A stretch of DNA of 62,588 nucleotides, counting the filler. It is 6 parts of 6 records of this genome, joined end to end, with 100 filler letters (N's around TTAATTAATTAA, not from the genome) between each part and the next. Parts side by side here need not be neighbours in the genome. Positions count along the whole stretch, not along the records: positions 12,570 to 33,065 come from SRR20825010_6852; positions 33,166 to 40,374 come from SRR20825010_6854; 4 more parts are not named here. One strand, 5' to 3'. The notes under the pieces were generated by a model that was given only the letters and a program-made list of their open reading frames with translations, had not been told where the DNA came from and made no database searches. The translations under genes were made by a program, and so were the position numbers. Below, piece after piece: positions 27,566-37,254 of this stretch. Numbering within the stretch: position 1 is the first letter of the stretch; each line of letters begins with the position of its first letter.

Positions 27566-29941
27566 ATGTTAAAAAATTACGCAAAGGTTGCCATGAGAAA
27601 TCTCATGCGCCACAAAGGTTATTCATTCATCAATATTTTCGGTTTATCAGTGGGTATTACTGCTGCCATTCTCATTTTGCTTTATGCCCAAGGTGAACTG
27701 AGTTATGATAAAATGCACACCCATGCCGATCAGACTTATCTACTCTACAAACAGCGCATAACCCCCACAGGAACACAGGATACTTATGACACTTGGGTGC
27801 CAACTCTAGAATCCCTCAAAGATGAGTACCCTGAAGTAATTGGTGGAGTTAGGGTGGCTGAAAATGCCCTTTGGCTACAAGTGGGAGAAAAGCGTTTCAA
27901 CGAACCTGCGATTCTAACCGATGATACTTTTCTTTCCATTTTCAATTTTGAGCTCAAAGCTGGAAATAGACAGAAGGTGTTTGAAAATTTCAATTCCATT
28001 GTGGTTTCAGAAGAAGTAGGTCAACGGCTTTTTCCAAACGAAAACCCGATGGGCAAAACGGTTTCAATAGCCAGTTTGGGGCAAGATTATATAGTTTCTG
28101 GTGTGTTGGCAAAGTCGCCTTACAATAGTCGATTACAACCAAATATTTTACTTCCAATTGAAAGCGATCCTGAATATGAGGGAATCGCGGGTAATTGGGG
28201 CTCTTCGTTTTTAGAAACCTACCTTTTGTTGCAAAAGGGAACAGACATCCAAAGTTTGGAACAACGCTTTGAGCCTTTCATTGCTAAAATTTGGGACGAG
28301 CAAACCGCCCAAACCACAGACTTCAAACTGGTCAACCTGCTGGATTTATATGACCAACTGAATGATAATAGAAAATACGCTTATATTTTATTAGTAGTTG
28401 CTTTGGTTATTGTGGTGATCGCCTCCATTAACTTTATGAATTTGGACACTGCGCGCTCTATGGACAGGGCAAGGGAAGCTGGTGTCCGGAAAGTACTGGG
28501 TGCTTTGAGAGGCGAAATGATTCTTCAATACTTAGTGGAGTCACTGTGCATTTCATTCCTGTCATTACTGATTGGTTTAGGCTTGGCATTTCTATTGTTA
28601 CCGCAATTCAATAGCATTTATAATGTTGAATTGACCCTTAATTTCAGCCAAAACATTCAACTTCTTGTGTGCCTATTGGGCCTAGGTACACTGATCGGAA
28701 TTATTTCAGGCCTGTATCCAGCATTATATATTTCCTCACTAAAAAGTGTGGATTCTTTAAAGGGCAAAGTTTTGAAATCGAGTAAAACTGGTCAAGGGAT
28801 TAGAAATACATTGGTGGTACTCCAGTTCATGTTTTCCATTTTATTGATTGTCGGAACCTTGGTTTTGAATAAACAAGTCAATTTTATGAAAGATCAAGAC
28901 ATGGCTTTTGATAAGGCTGATTTACTTGTGCTTCCTATTAACCAAAGGGATTTTCCCGAAGGAGAAGAAGGACAAAATGGTTTAGAGTCTTTGCGTAACA
29001 ATTTAAAGCAAAATTCAGCCATTGTATCGTTGAGCGCTTCTGCTTCTGTGCCAGGAAACTTCCCTGGCCGTTTCACTTTTGTGGTGCCCGATGGCTTTAC
29101 CCCAGAACAACGTTTACGAATGCGTTATACTTATACCGATCATGATTTCTTCAGCAATTTGAAAATAGAGTTTTCAGAAGGAAGGGGTTTTTTAGCCAAT
29201 AGTGAAGAAGACGAATCGGGTGCTGCAATTGTTAATAAATCGGCTTTTGATGCTTTTGGATGGGATAGTATTGAAGGGAAATACCTGAATTTTGGTAGCC
29301 GAAAAATGAAAGTAGTTGGTGTGGTAAAGGATTATAATTTTCAGTCGTTGGCAAATGAAGTAGCACCGGTGATTCATTTTTATCGCAGGCCAGAAAACGG
29401 AATCCATGGCTTTACGGTAGCTCGCGTGCAAGCCGGAAGAGTGCAAGACGCACTGAAGTTGGCCGAAACAGAATGGGCAAGAGTTCTACCTTCAGTACCT
29501 TTTGATTACTATTTTTTGGATAGCCAATTTGCCCAGCTCTATGAAACAGAAGACCGTTTGACGGGCGCCATTGGTGCGTTTTCTATTGTTGCCATAATCA
29601 TTGCTTCTTTGGGTTTATTGGGTCTTTCTTCCTTAGTTACCACCCAACGCAGTAAGGAAATTGGCATTAGAAAAGTGATGGGTGCTTCGGTTACAAGTAT
29701 CGTAAAACTGCTCACCAGCAACTTTGCTTTGCTGGTATGTATCGCATTTGTGATTTCTGTGCCCATTGCCTACTTGGCGTTGGAAGGCTGGCTAAATGAC
29801 TTTGCTTTTAGAACAGATATAGGAGTGACTGTTTTTGTTGTCGCACTTTTGGGCACCTTATTAATTGCCTTACTCACCATCGGGCTGCAGACCATACAAG
29901 CAGCTAGTAGAAATCCGGTAAATGCAATGAGGTCTGATTGA
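27566..29941 (+). CDS. ABC transporter permease (duplicated MacB/FtsX type)
   Basis: MLKNY.KVA.RNL...SFINIFGL, INFMNL, REAGVRKVLGA, KEIGIRKVMGAS, NPVNAMR. Confidence 0.92.
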   Translation: MLKNYAKVAMRNLMRHKGYSFINIFGLSVGITAAILILLYAQGELSYDKMHTHADQTYLLYKQRITPTGTQDTYDTWVPTLESLKDEYPEVIGGVRVAENALWLQVGEKRFNEPAILTDDTFLSIFNFELKAGNRQKVFENFNSIVVSEEVGQRLFPNENPMGKTVSIASLGQDYIVSGVLAKSPYNSRLQPNILLPIESDPEYEGIAGNWGSSFLETYLLLQKGTDIQSLEQRFEPFIAKIWDEQTAQTTDFKLVNLLDLYDQLNDNRKYAYILLVVALVIVVIASINFMNLDTARSMDRAREAGVRKVLGALRGEMILQYLVESLCISFLSLLIGLGLAFLLLPQFNSIYNVELTLNFSQNIQLLVCLLGLGTLIGIISGLYPALYISSLKSVDSLKGKVLKSSKTGQGIRNTLVVLQFMFSILLIVGTLVLNKQVNFMKDQDMAFDKADLLVLPINQRDFPEGEEGQNGLESLRNNLKQNSAIVSLSASASVPGNFPGRFTFVVPDGFTPEQRLRMRYTYTDHDFFSNLKIEFSEGRGFLANSEEDESGAAIVNKSAFDAFGWDSIEGKYLNFGSRKMKVVGVVKDYNFQSLANEVAPVIHFYRRPENGIHGFTVARVQAGRVQDALKLAETEWARVLPSVPFDYYFLDSQFAQLYETEDRLTGAIGAFSIVAIIIASLGLLGLSSLVTTQRSKEIGIRKVMGASVTSIVKLLTSNFALLVCIAFVISVPIAYLALEGWLNDFAFRTDIGVTVFVVALLGTLLIALLTIGLQTIQAASRNPVNAMRSD

Positions 29942-30051
29942 TATTTAATTTAGCTCTTGTTTATAGAGTTTTGAGGTTTTTGATAAGTTCAAGAATGAAA
30001 CTGTCTTTCTTTGCAGTTGACAGTTTGAATTAATCTTTATCTTCACTCTCA

Positions 30052-31989
30052 ATGAACCAGGGGCTAAACATTCTAAAAAAATACTGGGGTTACAACGCCT
30101 TTAGGCCTTTGCAGGAAGATATTATCAATGCTTCGTTGGAAGGCAATGATGTGCTCGCTTTGCTACCTACGGGTGGAGGAAAATCCATTTGTTTCCAGGT
30201 TCCAGCACTGGTAAATGACGGTCTGTGCGTAGTCATTTCACCCTTGATTGCCCTGATGAAAGATCAGGTATATCAGTTGAAGAAACGTGGTATTTCGGCT
30301 GAATCACTTCATGCAGGAATGTCTAAGCGAGAAATAGATTTTGCGTTGGATAACTGCGTTAATGCAGATATCAAGTTCCTTTATGTTTCCCCAGAAAGGT
30401 TGAAGACTGAGCTTTTTCAGGAACGGATTAAGATTGTTCGCGACACGCGTGGAGTTAATTTAATAGCTGTAGACGAAGCACATTGTATTTCGCAGTGGGG
30501 TTATGACTTCCGACCAGCCTATTTAGAAATTGCTACCATACGTGAGCTATTGCCAGAAACGCCAATCATGGCTCTGACCGCAACCGCAACCGAAAAGGTG
30601 AAAGTGGACATTCAAGAAAGGCTTGAGTTCCGAAACAAGAAAGTATTCACGAAAAGTTTTGCCAGAGCAAATCTTTCTTATTCAGTTCGGTTTGAAGAAC
30701 ATAAGGAAAGAAAACTTTTAGAAGTACTGAATCGAGTGCGTGGATCTGCGGTGGTGTATGTAAGCACCCGAAGACATGCTAAAGAATTAGCTTTAATGCT
30801 TCAAAGAAGTCACATCAGTGCCGATTTTTATCATGCGGGATTGACCCACGAAGAACGAAGTCTAAAACAGGAAAACTGGATTCATAACCGTACACAAGTA
30901 ATTGTTTCTACCAATGCCTTTGGAATGGGGATTGATAAACCGGATGTCCGCGTAGTGATTCACATGGACTTACCCGGAAACCTTGAGGCGTATTATCAAG
31001 AAGCAGGTCGGGCTGGACGTGATGAGAGAAAGGCCTTTGCGGTAATTATTTGTCACCAGAAGGATATAGAAGAACTACGAAAGAAGACGAAGAATTCATT
31101 GCCCGAGGTGAAATTGATAAGAGAGGTATATCAAATGTTAGGCAACTATTATCAGTTGGCCAATGGCAGTCATCCACAGGATAGCTTCGATTTCGATTTT
31201 CAAACCTTCTCGAAAAACTTCGATCGACACCCGATGGAGATTTTCAACGGTATTAAAGTATTGGAGTCTCAGGGAGCGATTTTATTGAGTGAATCCTTTT
31301 ATCAGCCTTCGCGATTGATATTTGGGTTGAACCAAAAGCTTATGTACGAGTTTCAGATTGCCAATGCTCAGTTTGATCCATTGATCAAGGCAATTCTTAG
31401 ACTTTATGGGGGCGATGTTTACAATAACCTGATTGTTATTCAGGAGAATAATCTGGCAGCTAATTTGGGACTTACTGTAGACGCTTGCCGAAAAATGCTG
31501 AAGCATCTGCACGAGCGAGAAGTGCTGGAATATATTCCCCAAAAGGATCAGCCTCAGCTATCGTTTATGATACCAAAATATGCAGCCGATAAAGTACCGA
31601 TCGATAACCATCAGATTGAAAGCAGGCGCAAGTTGATCACGGCCAAAATGGAATCTGTCATTGCTTATTTACACAATGAAGAACGCTGCCGAACGCAACA
31701 ATTGCTTGAGTATTTTGGTGAGGTAAATTATGACCCTTGTTTGGTCTGCGACAATTGTGTTCAGAATAAGAGAAAGAATGAAGAGCTGAAGTTGAGAGCA
31801 AAATATGAAACACAAATACTCTCTTTATTAGGCCAGTCTACTGATTTTGATGTCAATGGTTTGGTGAATGCCATAGCACCAGAAAACAAGAATGTTTTGA
31901 CTACGCTTGTGGCTGAGTTGGTCGATCATGGTGTGTTAAAATTTGACGAATTTGGTAAGCTGGAAAAGGGAAAGAAGGATAATTGGTAA
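30052..31989 (+). CDS. recQ: RecQ family ATP-dependent DNA helicase
   Basis: PTGGGKS, DEAHCISQWGYDFRP, QEAGRAGRD, RQC zinc site CR...C..CDNC. Confidence 0.93.
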   Translation: MNQGLNILKKYWGYNAFRPLQEDIINASLEGNDVLALLPTGGGKSICFQVPALVNDGLCVVISPLIALMKDQVYQLKKRGISAESLHAGMSKREIDFALDNCVNADIKFLYVSPERLKTELFQERIKIVRDTRGVNLIAVDEAHCISQWGYDFRPAYLEIATIRELLPETPIMALTATATEKVKVDIQERLEFRNKKVFTKSFARANLSYSVRFEEHKERKLLEVLNRVRGSAVVYVSTRRHAKELALMLQRSHISADFYHAGLTHEERSLKQENWIHNRTQVIVSTNAFGMGIDKPDVRVVIHMDLPGNLEAYYQEAGRAGRDERKAFAVIICHQKDIEELRKKTKNSLPEVKLIREVYQMLGNYYQLANGSHPQDSFDFDFQTFSKNFDRHPMEIFNGIKVLESQGAILLSESFYQPSRLIFGLNQKLMYEFQIANAQFDPLIKAILRLYGGDVYNNLIVIQENNLAANLGLTVDACRKMLKHLHEREVLEYIPQKDQPQLSFMIPKYAADKVPIDNHQIESRRKLITAKMESVIAYLHNEERCRTQQLLEYFGEVNYDPCLVCDNCVQNKRKNEELKLRAKYETQILSLLGQSTDFDVNGLVNAIAPENKNVLTTLVAELVDHGVLKFDEFGKLEKGKKDNW

Positions 31990-32006
31990 AAGCATTAAAG
32001 TTGATT

Positions 32007-32600
32007 ATGAGTTTTTTTGACGACATATATAACAAAATATTTAAAGGAAAGGACGAAGGCCCAGCAGAGTTAATCCATGAAACATTGGAAAGAACCAGTC
32101 GAGAGTCAGAGAGTTTTCAATTATGGTTGGACAGCAATAGAAAGGCTGAATTATTGACTGAAATTTATAATGCCTACCATCTGAAAAAGAAGGGCATTGT
32201 AACCAAACTCAATGTTCACTTGCTGGAAACCAAGTATTCTAACGGTTTTGCTGTTACTTATGAGAATGAAATATCAGCTGATGAATTCAGAAACTTGTTC
32301 GATTATTTGAAGGAGAAGACACTTGAATTCGAATATAGACTGGCACAAAACGACCGGAGAATCATTGATCGTGAATCTTTTGAAGAAGTAATTGAGAAAT
32401 GGTATTTGAAACCTCAGGGTTTGGAGCTGGAAGAAAAAAAAACTAACCAACTTTACGGCAACATTCTGATCGAATACGTTATGATCGATCGAAAGCCCAG
32501 TTATATAAAATTGATGGCCAATATCTATCAAGATCGTTTATATTCCGAAGCCTTACCTTTCGAGGTATTTATTGAAAAATTGTTTGACCGAAACCTATAA
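32007..32600 (+). CDS. Conserved hypothetical protein
   Basis: ATG at 32007 (MSFFDDIYNKIF); WYLKP, NQLYGNILIE, YQDRLY. Confidence 0.75.
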   Translation: MSFFDDIYNKIFKGKDEGPAELIHETLERTSRESESFQLWLDSNRKAELLTEIYNAYHLKKKGIVTKLNVHLLETKYSNGFAVTYENEISADEFRNLFDYLKEKTLEFEYRLAQNDRRIIDRESFEEVIEKWYLKPQGLELEEKKTNQLYGNILIEYVMIDRKPSYIKLMANIYQDRLYSEALPFEVFIEKLFDRNL

Positions 32601-32610
32601 TTAAAAGAGC

Positions 32611-32979
32611 ATGAAATCTATACTAATTACTCTAACATTGATTTTTGGAAGCTTCTTTTCCACTTTTGAACAACCAGATCAAATTTTTAATACCAAACTG
32701 AAAATCACAGTCTTAAATGAACTTGGCAACGTGGTGGAAGGCGCTAAAGTGACAATTTACAAGACCAAAGCGGATTATAATGCTGAAAAAAATGAAGTTC
32801 AAGAAGCTCAACTAAGCAACAATAAAGGGCAAGTGACTTTCAAGAAATTGGATGCCATTCCTTATTATGTAATTGTAAGAAAGGGAGAAATGGACAATGC
32901 TGGCGGAGGAGAGATTGTAAGTAAGCTTGAGAAAAAGAAGTTGAACAAAGCCAATATTGTAATTTCGGATGGGGTGTAA
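32611..32979 (+). CDS. Secreted carboxypeptidase-regulatory/prealbumin-like domain protein
   Basis: Signal peptide; V.NELGNVVEGAKVTIY...G.V.F..L. Confidence 0.75.
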   Translation: MKSILITLTLIFGSFFSTFEQPDQIFNTKLKITVLNELGNVVEGAKVTIYKTKADYNAEKNEVQEAQLSNNKGQVTFKKLDAIPYYVIVRKGEMDNAGGGEIVSKLEKKKLNKANIVISDGV

Positions 32980-33065
32980 TTTACGAGAAGAACTTCTTGA
33001 AGAAATTAAAGTGTACCAGTCAGAGTATAAAGAAGAGCAGGCTTTCAAACCTAGGTTTGAAAGCC
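32969..33065 (+). CDS. Partial ORF at contig end, possibly N-terminus of a NUDIX hydrolase
   Basis: MGCNLREELLEEIKVYQSEYKEEQAFKPRFES, open to the spacer; Nudix box not visible. Confidence 0.4.
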
Positions 33066-33165
33066 NNNNNNNNNNNNNNNNNNNNNNNNNNNNNNNNNNN
33101 NNNNNNNNNTTAATTAATTAANNNNNNNNNNNNNNNNNNNNNNNNNNNNNNNNNNNNNNNNNNNN
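33066..33165. other. Artificial contig spacer
   Basis: N44-TTAATTAATTAA-N44. Confidence 0.99.
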
Positions 33166-33686
33166 CTACTGAAATTGACGATGTAACGGTACTGGGTAGA
33201 ACTGATGACCATGGATTCATCAAGCTCATTGGTCAAAAATGCGAAGCATTTGTGGCGACTGATGAAAATCCCCTTCGCAAGAAATGGGTGAAAATGCTCA
33301 TGGATTCCCGCAAAGTGATGCCCGTGAATGCCATCCATGATTCTGCTATTATTTCAAATTATGCCGCTATTGGTCACGGCAATTTCATAAACAGTCGTGT
33401 GACTATAGGAACTTCATCTAAGATTGGTCAACACTGCCTGATCCATTCGGGAGCAGTTATTGAGCATGACGTGGAGATAGGTGATTTCGTCCAAATTGGT
33501 GCCGGATCTATTATTAACGCGGGAGTAACCATTGAGGAGGGTGCCTTTATTGGGTCGGGAGTCACGCTGGTAAGCGGCGTAAAGATTGGTAAAAATGCCC
33601 GGGTTGGTGCTGGTTCGGTTGTAGTGTCAGATGTAGCGGCAAAAGCGACCGTTTTCGGCAACCCTGCAGTAGCAGTAGGGAAGTAA
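33166..33686 (+). CDS. Partial (5' truncated) NeuD/PglD-like hexapeptide sugar acetyltransferase
   Basis: Frame open from the contig edge (TEIDDVTVLG...); IEHD, hexapeptide repeats, GAGSVVVSDV...VFGNPA. Confidence 0.88.
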
Positions 33687-33851
33687 ACCTTAGGTGATAA
33701 TAATCAGTTTTAGAAATCAATATTTTAAATCACTTTTGCAAAAAAGTCAAGAAGCATAGAAAATAAAAGAATCCACCTACGGAAACCAGTTTCTAGCTTT
33801 GCAATACATTTTCACTCATTCAAAACACTCCGCTGAAACGGAGCTTAGGTT

Positions 33852-34817
33852 ATGAAAGAAGAATATTTAGTACTCCTCTATTATTGTTATTCCAGGATTG
33901 AAAATCCTGAAGTGTTTCGTGAAGAACATCATATCAGATGTCTCGATTTAAATCTAAAAGGCCGAATCATCATTGCAGAGGAAGGACTTAACGGTACCGT
34001 TTCTGGCCTGAGAGCAGATTGTGAGGCCTACATGCAGGAGGTCAAAGCTGACATGAGATTTGCCGACATTGAATTCAAAGTGGATACTGCTTCGGGTTAC
34101 ACCTTCGAAAAAATGCACGTTCGGGTTAAACCCGAAATCGTTCACGCTAGTTTACCTCATATTGATCCCAGAAAGAAAACGGGGGGTTATGTAGAGCCTG
34201 CCGAATTCCGAAAAATACTCCGGGAACAGCCTGAAGATACGGTGATCCTTGATGTTCGATCCAACTATGAACATGAGATTGGGAAGTTTAAAAATGCCGT
34301 CACACTTGATTTAGAGAATTTCAGGGATTTTCCAGAAAAAGTGAAGGAACTGGATCACCTGAAAGGCAAAAAAATCATCACCTACTGCACGGGAGGAATA
34401 AAATGCGAAAAAGCCAGCGCCTATTTACTGGATCAAGGCTTTGATAACGTCTATCAATTGCACGGCGGGATCATTAAATATGGCATTGAGGCTGACGGGG
34501 AAGATTTCGAAGGGAAGTGTTATGTATTTGACAACCGTATCACAAAGGATTTGAACACCGTGAATCCTACGATCTTGTCAAAATGTTATGTCACGGGAAA
34601 ACCCTCCGATAGGATGGTGAATTGTGCCAATCCGCATTGCAACAAGCACATACCGATGAGCGAAGAGGGCGCAGAAATTTACAATGGCTGTTGCTCTGAG
34701 GAATGTACCAAAGATCCGGATGTACGTCCCTATGACGGAACTGGTTTTTATCAGAAAGAAATGAATGGCTACAATCCGTACAAAGGTGTGAAACGAATAA
34801 AGACGTTGGGAGAATAA
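33852..34817 (+). CDS. trhO: Rhodanese-domain tRNA U34 hydroxylase TrhO (YceA/UPF0176)
   Basis: GRIIIAEEGLNGT, LDVRSNYEHEIGKF, YCTGGIKCEK, GKCYVFDNR; TAGCTTTG promoter element at 33794. Confidence 0.9.
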   Translation: MKEEYLVLLYYCYSRIENPEVFREEHHIRCLDLNLKGRIIIAEEGLNGTVSGLRADCEAYMQEVKADMRFADIEFKVDTASGYTFEKMHVRVKPEIVHASLPHIDPRKKTGGYVEPAEFRKILREQPEDTVILDVRSNYEHEIGKFKNAVTLDLENFRDFPEKVKELDHLKGKKIITYCTGGIKCEKASAYLLDQGFDNVYQLHGGIIKYGIEADGEDFEGKCYVFDNRITKDLNTVNPTILSKCYVTGKPSDRMVNCANPHCNKHIPMSEEGAEIYNGCCSEECTKDPDVRPYDGTGFYQKEMNGYNPYKGVKRIKTLGE

Positions 34818-34931
34818 TTTTTTTTTACCGGATTTAACCGTCCAAACAGGCGTTTTATCGAAACATCGACAGGTGGGTTTTGTTCCTAAGCGATTCTGAA
34901 CTTAAATTAGGGTGTAAACCAACCAGTTACC

Positions 34932-35789
34932 ATGCCACAATACTCTGAAACTGACCTGATCGTCAATCCTGACGGGAGTATTTACCATCTCAATTTGAAA
35001 CCGGAACATGTCTCTGACAGAATCATCACGGTGGGTGATCCCGGGAGGGTACATCGCGTTTCTCGGCATTTCGATCACATCGATTTTGAGATGAACAAGC
35101 GGGAGTTTATTACTCATGTAGGGAGCTACAAGGGCAAACGCATCACCGTGATCAGCACCGGAATGGGTACAGATAACGTGGAAATTCTCATGACCGAATT
35201 GGATGCGCTGGTAAACATTGACCTGAAAAAGCGTGAGCCTAAGGCAAAGAAAAAAAGTCTCAAAATCGTACGAATAGGTACTTCCGGAAGCATTCAGGAA
35301 GATGTGCGGTTGGGCAGCCACGTGTTGAGCGAATATGCCATTGGCCTTGATCCAATGATGTATTTCTATCAAATGGATATGAGCGGCCTTGAACTAGAAG
35401 TAAGCGAAAAACTTCGTGACACCATTGGTCTCCCTTATTTACCATATTGTTTCAGAGCCTCAGACCAGCTGATCGATCAATTTAAAGATGTGACCACTTT
35501 TGGCAATACCCTGACATGTCATGGTTTTTATGCCCCGCAAGGACGAGAAATCCGCCTCCCTATTCGATTCCCTAACCTGATAGAAAAGCTCAATTACTTT
35601 CATGTAAATGACTTTTGGATTTCTAATCTGGAAATGGAAACCGCTGGATATTACGCTTTGGCCAAGCTATTGGGGCATGAGATGATAAGCCTGAATGCAA
35701 TTATCGCAAATCGGGTGAAAAATAAATTCTCTAAAGACCCCAACAAGGTTATTGATTCCCTGATCAAAAAGGTGCTGGATCGTATTTGA
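34932..35789 (+). CDS. Nucleoside (uridine-type) phosphorylase
   Basis: VGDPGRV, REF, STGMG, RIGTSG, FYAPQGR, EME. Confidence 0.92.
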   Translation: MPQYSETDLIVNPDGSIYHLNLKPEHVSDRIITVGDPGRVHRVSRHFDHIDFEMNKREFITHVGSYKGKRITVISTGMGTDNVEILMTELDALVNIDLKKREPKAKKKSLKIVRIGTSGSIQEDVRLGSHVLSEYAIGLDPMMYFYQMDMSGLELEVSEKLRDTIGLPYLPYCFRASDQLIDQFKDVTTFGNTLTCHGFYAPQGREIRLPIRFPNLIEKLNYFHVNDFWISNLEMETAGYYALAKLLGHEMISLNAIIANRVKNKFSKDPNKVIDSLIKKVLDRI

Positions 35790-36080
35790 TCATTTTTTGA
35801 CCACTGCAGCCAATGCCTTTTTAAGCGCCTCCAGTGCGTCACCTAAATGACTTTTGGCGTCCACCCATTTCGGCTCATTTTTATCCTTAAAAGCGTTGAA
35901 ATCAGCTTCTAATTGTTCTTTCTTTTTCTTGAGCACATTGATCTTCTTTTCCATTTCCACGCGCACATCGTCTTTCGCCCCTTTGGTCTCATGAATCAAC
36001 TGGTCTATTTTCTTTCCAAGCTCGGAGAATACGCTCTCCACCTGCCCTTTTTCATCTTCTTTATTTATCTTCTTGGCCAT
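35790..36080 (-). CDS. Hypothetical coiled-coil protein
   Basis: Charged helical 96-aa ORF with ATG start. Confidence 0.7.
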   Translation of the reverse strand: MAKKINKEDEKGQVESVFSELGKKIDQLIHETKGAKDDVRVEMEKKINVLKKKKEQLEADFNAFKDKNEPKWVDAKSHLGDALEALKKALAAVVKK

Positions 36081-36283
36081 GTTCTGATCGGTTTATTTAT
36101 CAAATTAGAAATTACAACTGCCAAATACAACCCATCATCTTTATTTATCTGATTTACAGGTATTTTGGGTTCATACTTAAAATTTCTTTTGCTTTTCCTT
36201 TGATTTTCAGAGGTTTTTTAGACTTACTTTGACGAAAGATTTGATAATTAAAGGTCGTTTTATACTTTTCCGAAAAATTAAGA

Positions 36284-36667
36284 ATGCAATCATCAAAACC
36301 ACGTGTAATAAAGGATTTTGAGAAGCTCGACGAGGAGACACAAGAGCAAATTAAATTGGCTTTCCCGTATGGCTTTCATGAGGAATTAATCCACTTCAAT
36401 GACAGAGAGGGCAAACGGGTGTCAGCCCTGCCATTTGAAACGGATGAAAAATACTATCTGGTTCGGATGACCCGAGCTGAAGCAAGGGCGATTATTGAAG
36501 ATGATGATGACTTTGATGATGACGGAACCCTCAAAGAAAGCGTAAAGGATGACTATGAAACCAAATATGGTGACCTAAACCATATGGCCGACTATATCTC
36601 TGATGACAGCAGCGATGATGACACTGATGCTGACCCGGAAGATGACGGGGGCGATGATGATTACTAA
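36284..36667 (+). CDS. Conserved Bacteroidota hypothetical protein with acidic tail
   Basis: KPRVIKDFEKL...PYGF...ALPFET...YLVRM, Asp-rich C-terminus. Confidence 0.8.
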   Translation: MQSSKPRVIKDFEKLDEETQEQIKLAFPYGFHEELIHFNDREGKRVSALPFETDEKYYLVRMTRAEARAIIEDDDDFDDDGTLKESVKDDYETKYGDLNHMADYISDDSSDDDTDADPEDDGGDDDY

Positions 36668-36678
36668 ACCGTATCACA

Positions 36679-37254
36679 ATCAATAAACAATTCGCCGTAT
36701 TACTTATTTTCATAGCTGCATTTCATTGGAGTTGCAATGATGGTGACGATACCGTAGATCTGACCATTCTAGCTCAGGCCGAACTGTTTCAAATTGTCAG
36801 CGCCACTGATACTACTTTTATTTCAACAGGAGAAAAAAGAGGCTGGGTTTACTTCGAGCAGCTTGATTCTATTGTAACAACCCGAATCGAGCTATCCGGT
36901 TTTGCTCCAAATACGGTTCACGCTGTGCACATGCACCATGGCACCTGCGAGCAGCCTATGCATCACTGGAATGCCGGCTCAACTGAGAAGTATTGCAACG
37001 AAAGGAGTTTGGGAATTCCCTGGGCCAAGCCTTATGCCGGCGATGTAGGCAATGTAAGTGTTGGTTACGATGGCACGGGTTCACTCACCCTGAAAACTGA
37101 TTTATGGAGAATCGGAAGCGGCGATACCCGGGATATTCTTGGCATTCAAATTATTGTACATGAGAGTTACGAAGATTTCACATCAGAATGCGACCCCAAT
37201 CACACCAATCACCCGCATTTCAATATGAAAATAGCTTGTGGAACCATTCTCTAA
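36679..37254 (+). CDS. Cu/Zn superoxide dismutase-fold lipoprotein (atypical ligands, non-canonical start)
   Basis: Frame open from 36661; signal peptide and lipobox (NKQFAVLLIFIAAFHWSC); HAVHMHHGTC, HWN, AGDVGN, IIVH, KIACG; the ORF track starts it too late at GTG 36925. Confidence 0.78.
   Translation: MNKQFAVLLIFIAAFHWSCNDGDDTVDLTILAQAELFQIVSATDTTFISTGEKRGWVYFEQLDSIVTTRIELSGFAPNTVHAVHMHHGTCEQPMHHWNAGSTEKYCNERSLGIPWAKPYAGDVGNVSVGYDGTGSLTLKTDLWRIGSGDTRDILGIQIIVHESYEDFTSECDPNHTNHPHFNMKIACGTIL

Noticed and set aside
24578..31989. ComEC and RecQ as a DNA uptake or defence system
   Set aside because: Both are common single genes, separated by unrelated metabolic and transport genes
33114..33338. 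ORFs running into N runs (also the X tails of 55512, 57718 and 58693)
   Set aside because: Ends are defined by the artificial linker; the 33114 ORF is antisense to the acetyltransferase
36495..36665. GAT/GAC-rich low-complexity run as a tandem repeat array
   Set aside because: Encodes the Asp-rich tail of the 36284-36667 protein
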